Positions 63,842 through 64,000 of a stretch of DNA of 64,000 nt are shown here, one piece after another (within the stretch, counting starts at the first letter, position 1; every line of letters starts with the position of its first letter). The position numbers and the translations under genes are program-made. The notes below the pieces were generated by a model, which saw nothing but the letters and a program-made list of their open reading frames with translations, had not been told where the DNA came from and did no database searches. Source of the DNA: Takakia lepidozioides (taxonomy: Eukaryota > Plantae > Bryophyta); the NCBI GenBank assembly GCA_030704615.1, contig CM060731.1, positions 54,436,001 to 54,500,000 on the forward strand, given 5' to 3'.

Positions 63842-64000
63842 CAACCACTGGACGCGTCTTCTACCTCTAAGCCCACTGGACTTAAGGTTGCAGTTACGGA
63901 GGACAATTGGGAGCCTGACATTTGGACCCATTGTCACCGGAGGAGAGAGATGACGTATACGGCGGTTCCTGAGGGCTTACAAGAATTGCTTTGCCTTCAA

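Larger units (their letters stand above)
52657..64000 (+). mobile_element. Second-family LTR (Gypsy-like) retrotransposon running off the window; probable ~3-kb 5' LTR 52657-62136 interrupted by chromovirus copy 2
   Basis: Begins TGACA and ends TGTCA at 62136, followed by a degenerate PBS-like CGGAGGTGCCAC (resembles a tRNA-Gln complement) and a gag ORF. Boundaries are inferred because the second LTR is not in the window. Confidence 0.5.

Overview
Eukaryotic nuclear DNA from a land plant; GT-AG introns and the transposon families suggest a non-seed, bryophyte-like lineage, which is inference. The left ~19 kb is gene-bearing. It holds an intronless two-PAH-domain gene (-), a disrupted Uma2-like PD-(D/E)XK nuclease gene (-), PRP4 (5 exons, +) with an LSU rRNA fragment in intron 2, and a WDR53-like gene (11 exons, -) with LINE fragments in intron 2. 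The right ~45 kb is a nested transposon pile. A complete 21.6-kb CACTA element (24417-46007; 19-bp TIRs, GTT TSD) splits an older unknown ORF. Inside it, a TnpD-type transposase (-) is divergent from a TnpA-like gene (+). That TnpA-like gene carries an FCP1/NIF-family HAD phosphatase domain and a Pro/Ser/Trp (GW/WG, SP) tract; this is the most unusual observation in the window. It was later hit by an RTEX-like LINE and a full-length Galadriel-type chromovirus. Further right are a second Uma2-like copy, an ORF1-like pseudogene, and a second chromovirus copy nested in the probable long LTR of another Gypsy-like element whose gag runs off the window. All calls are by-eye motif recognition; no searches were run.
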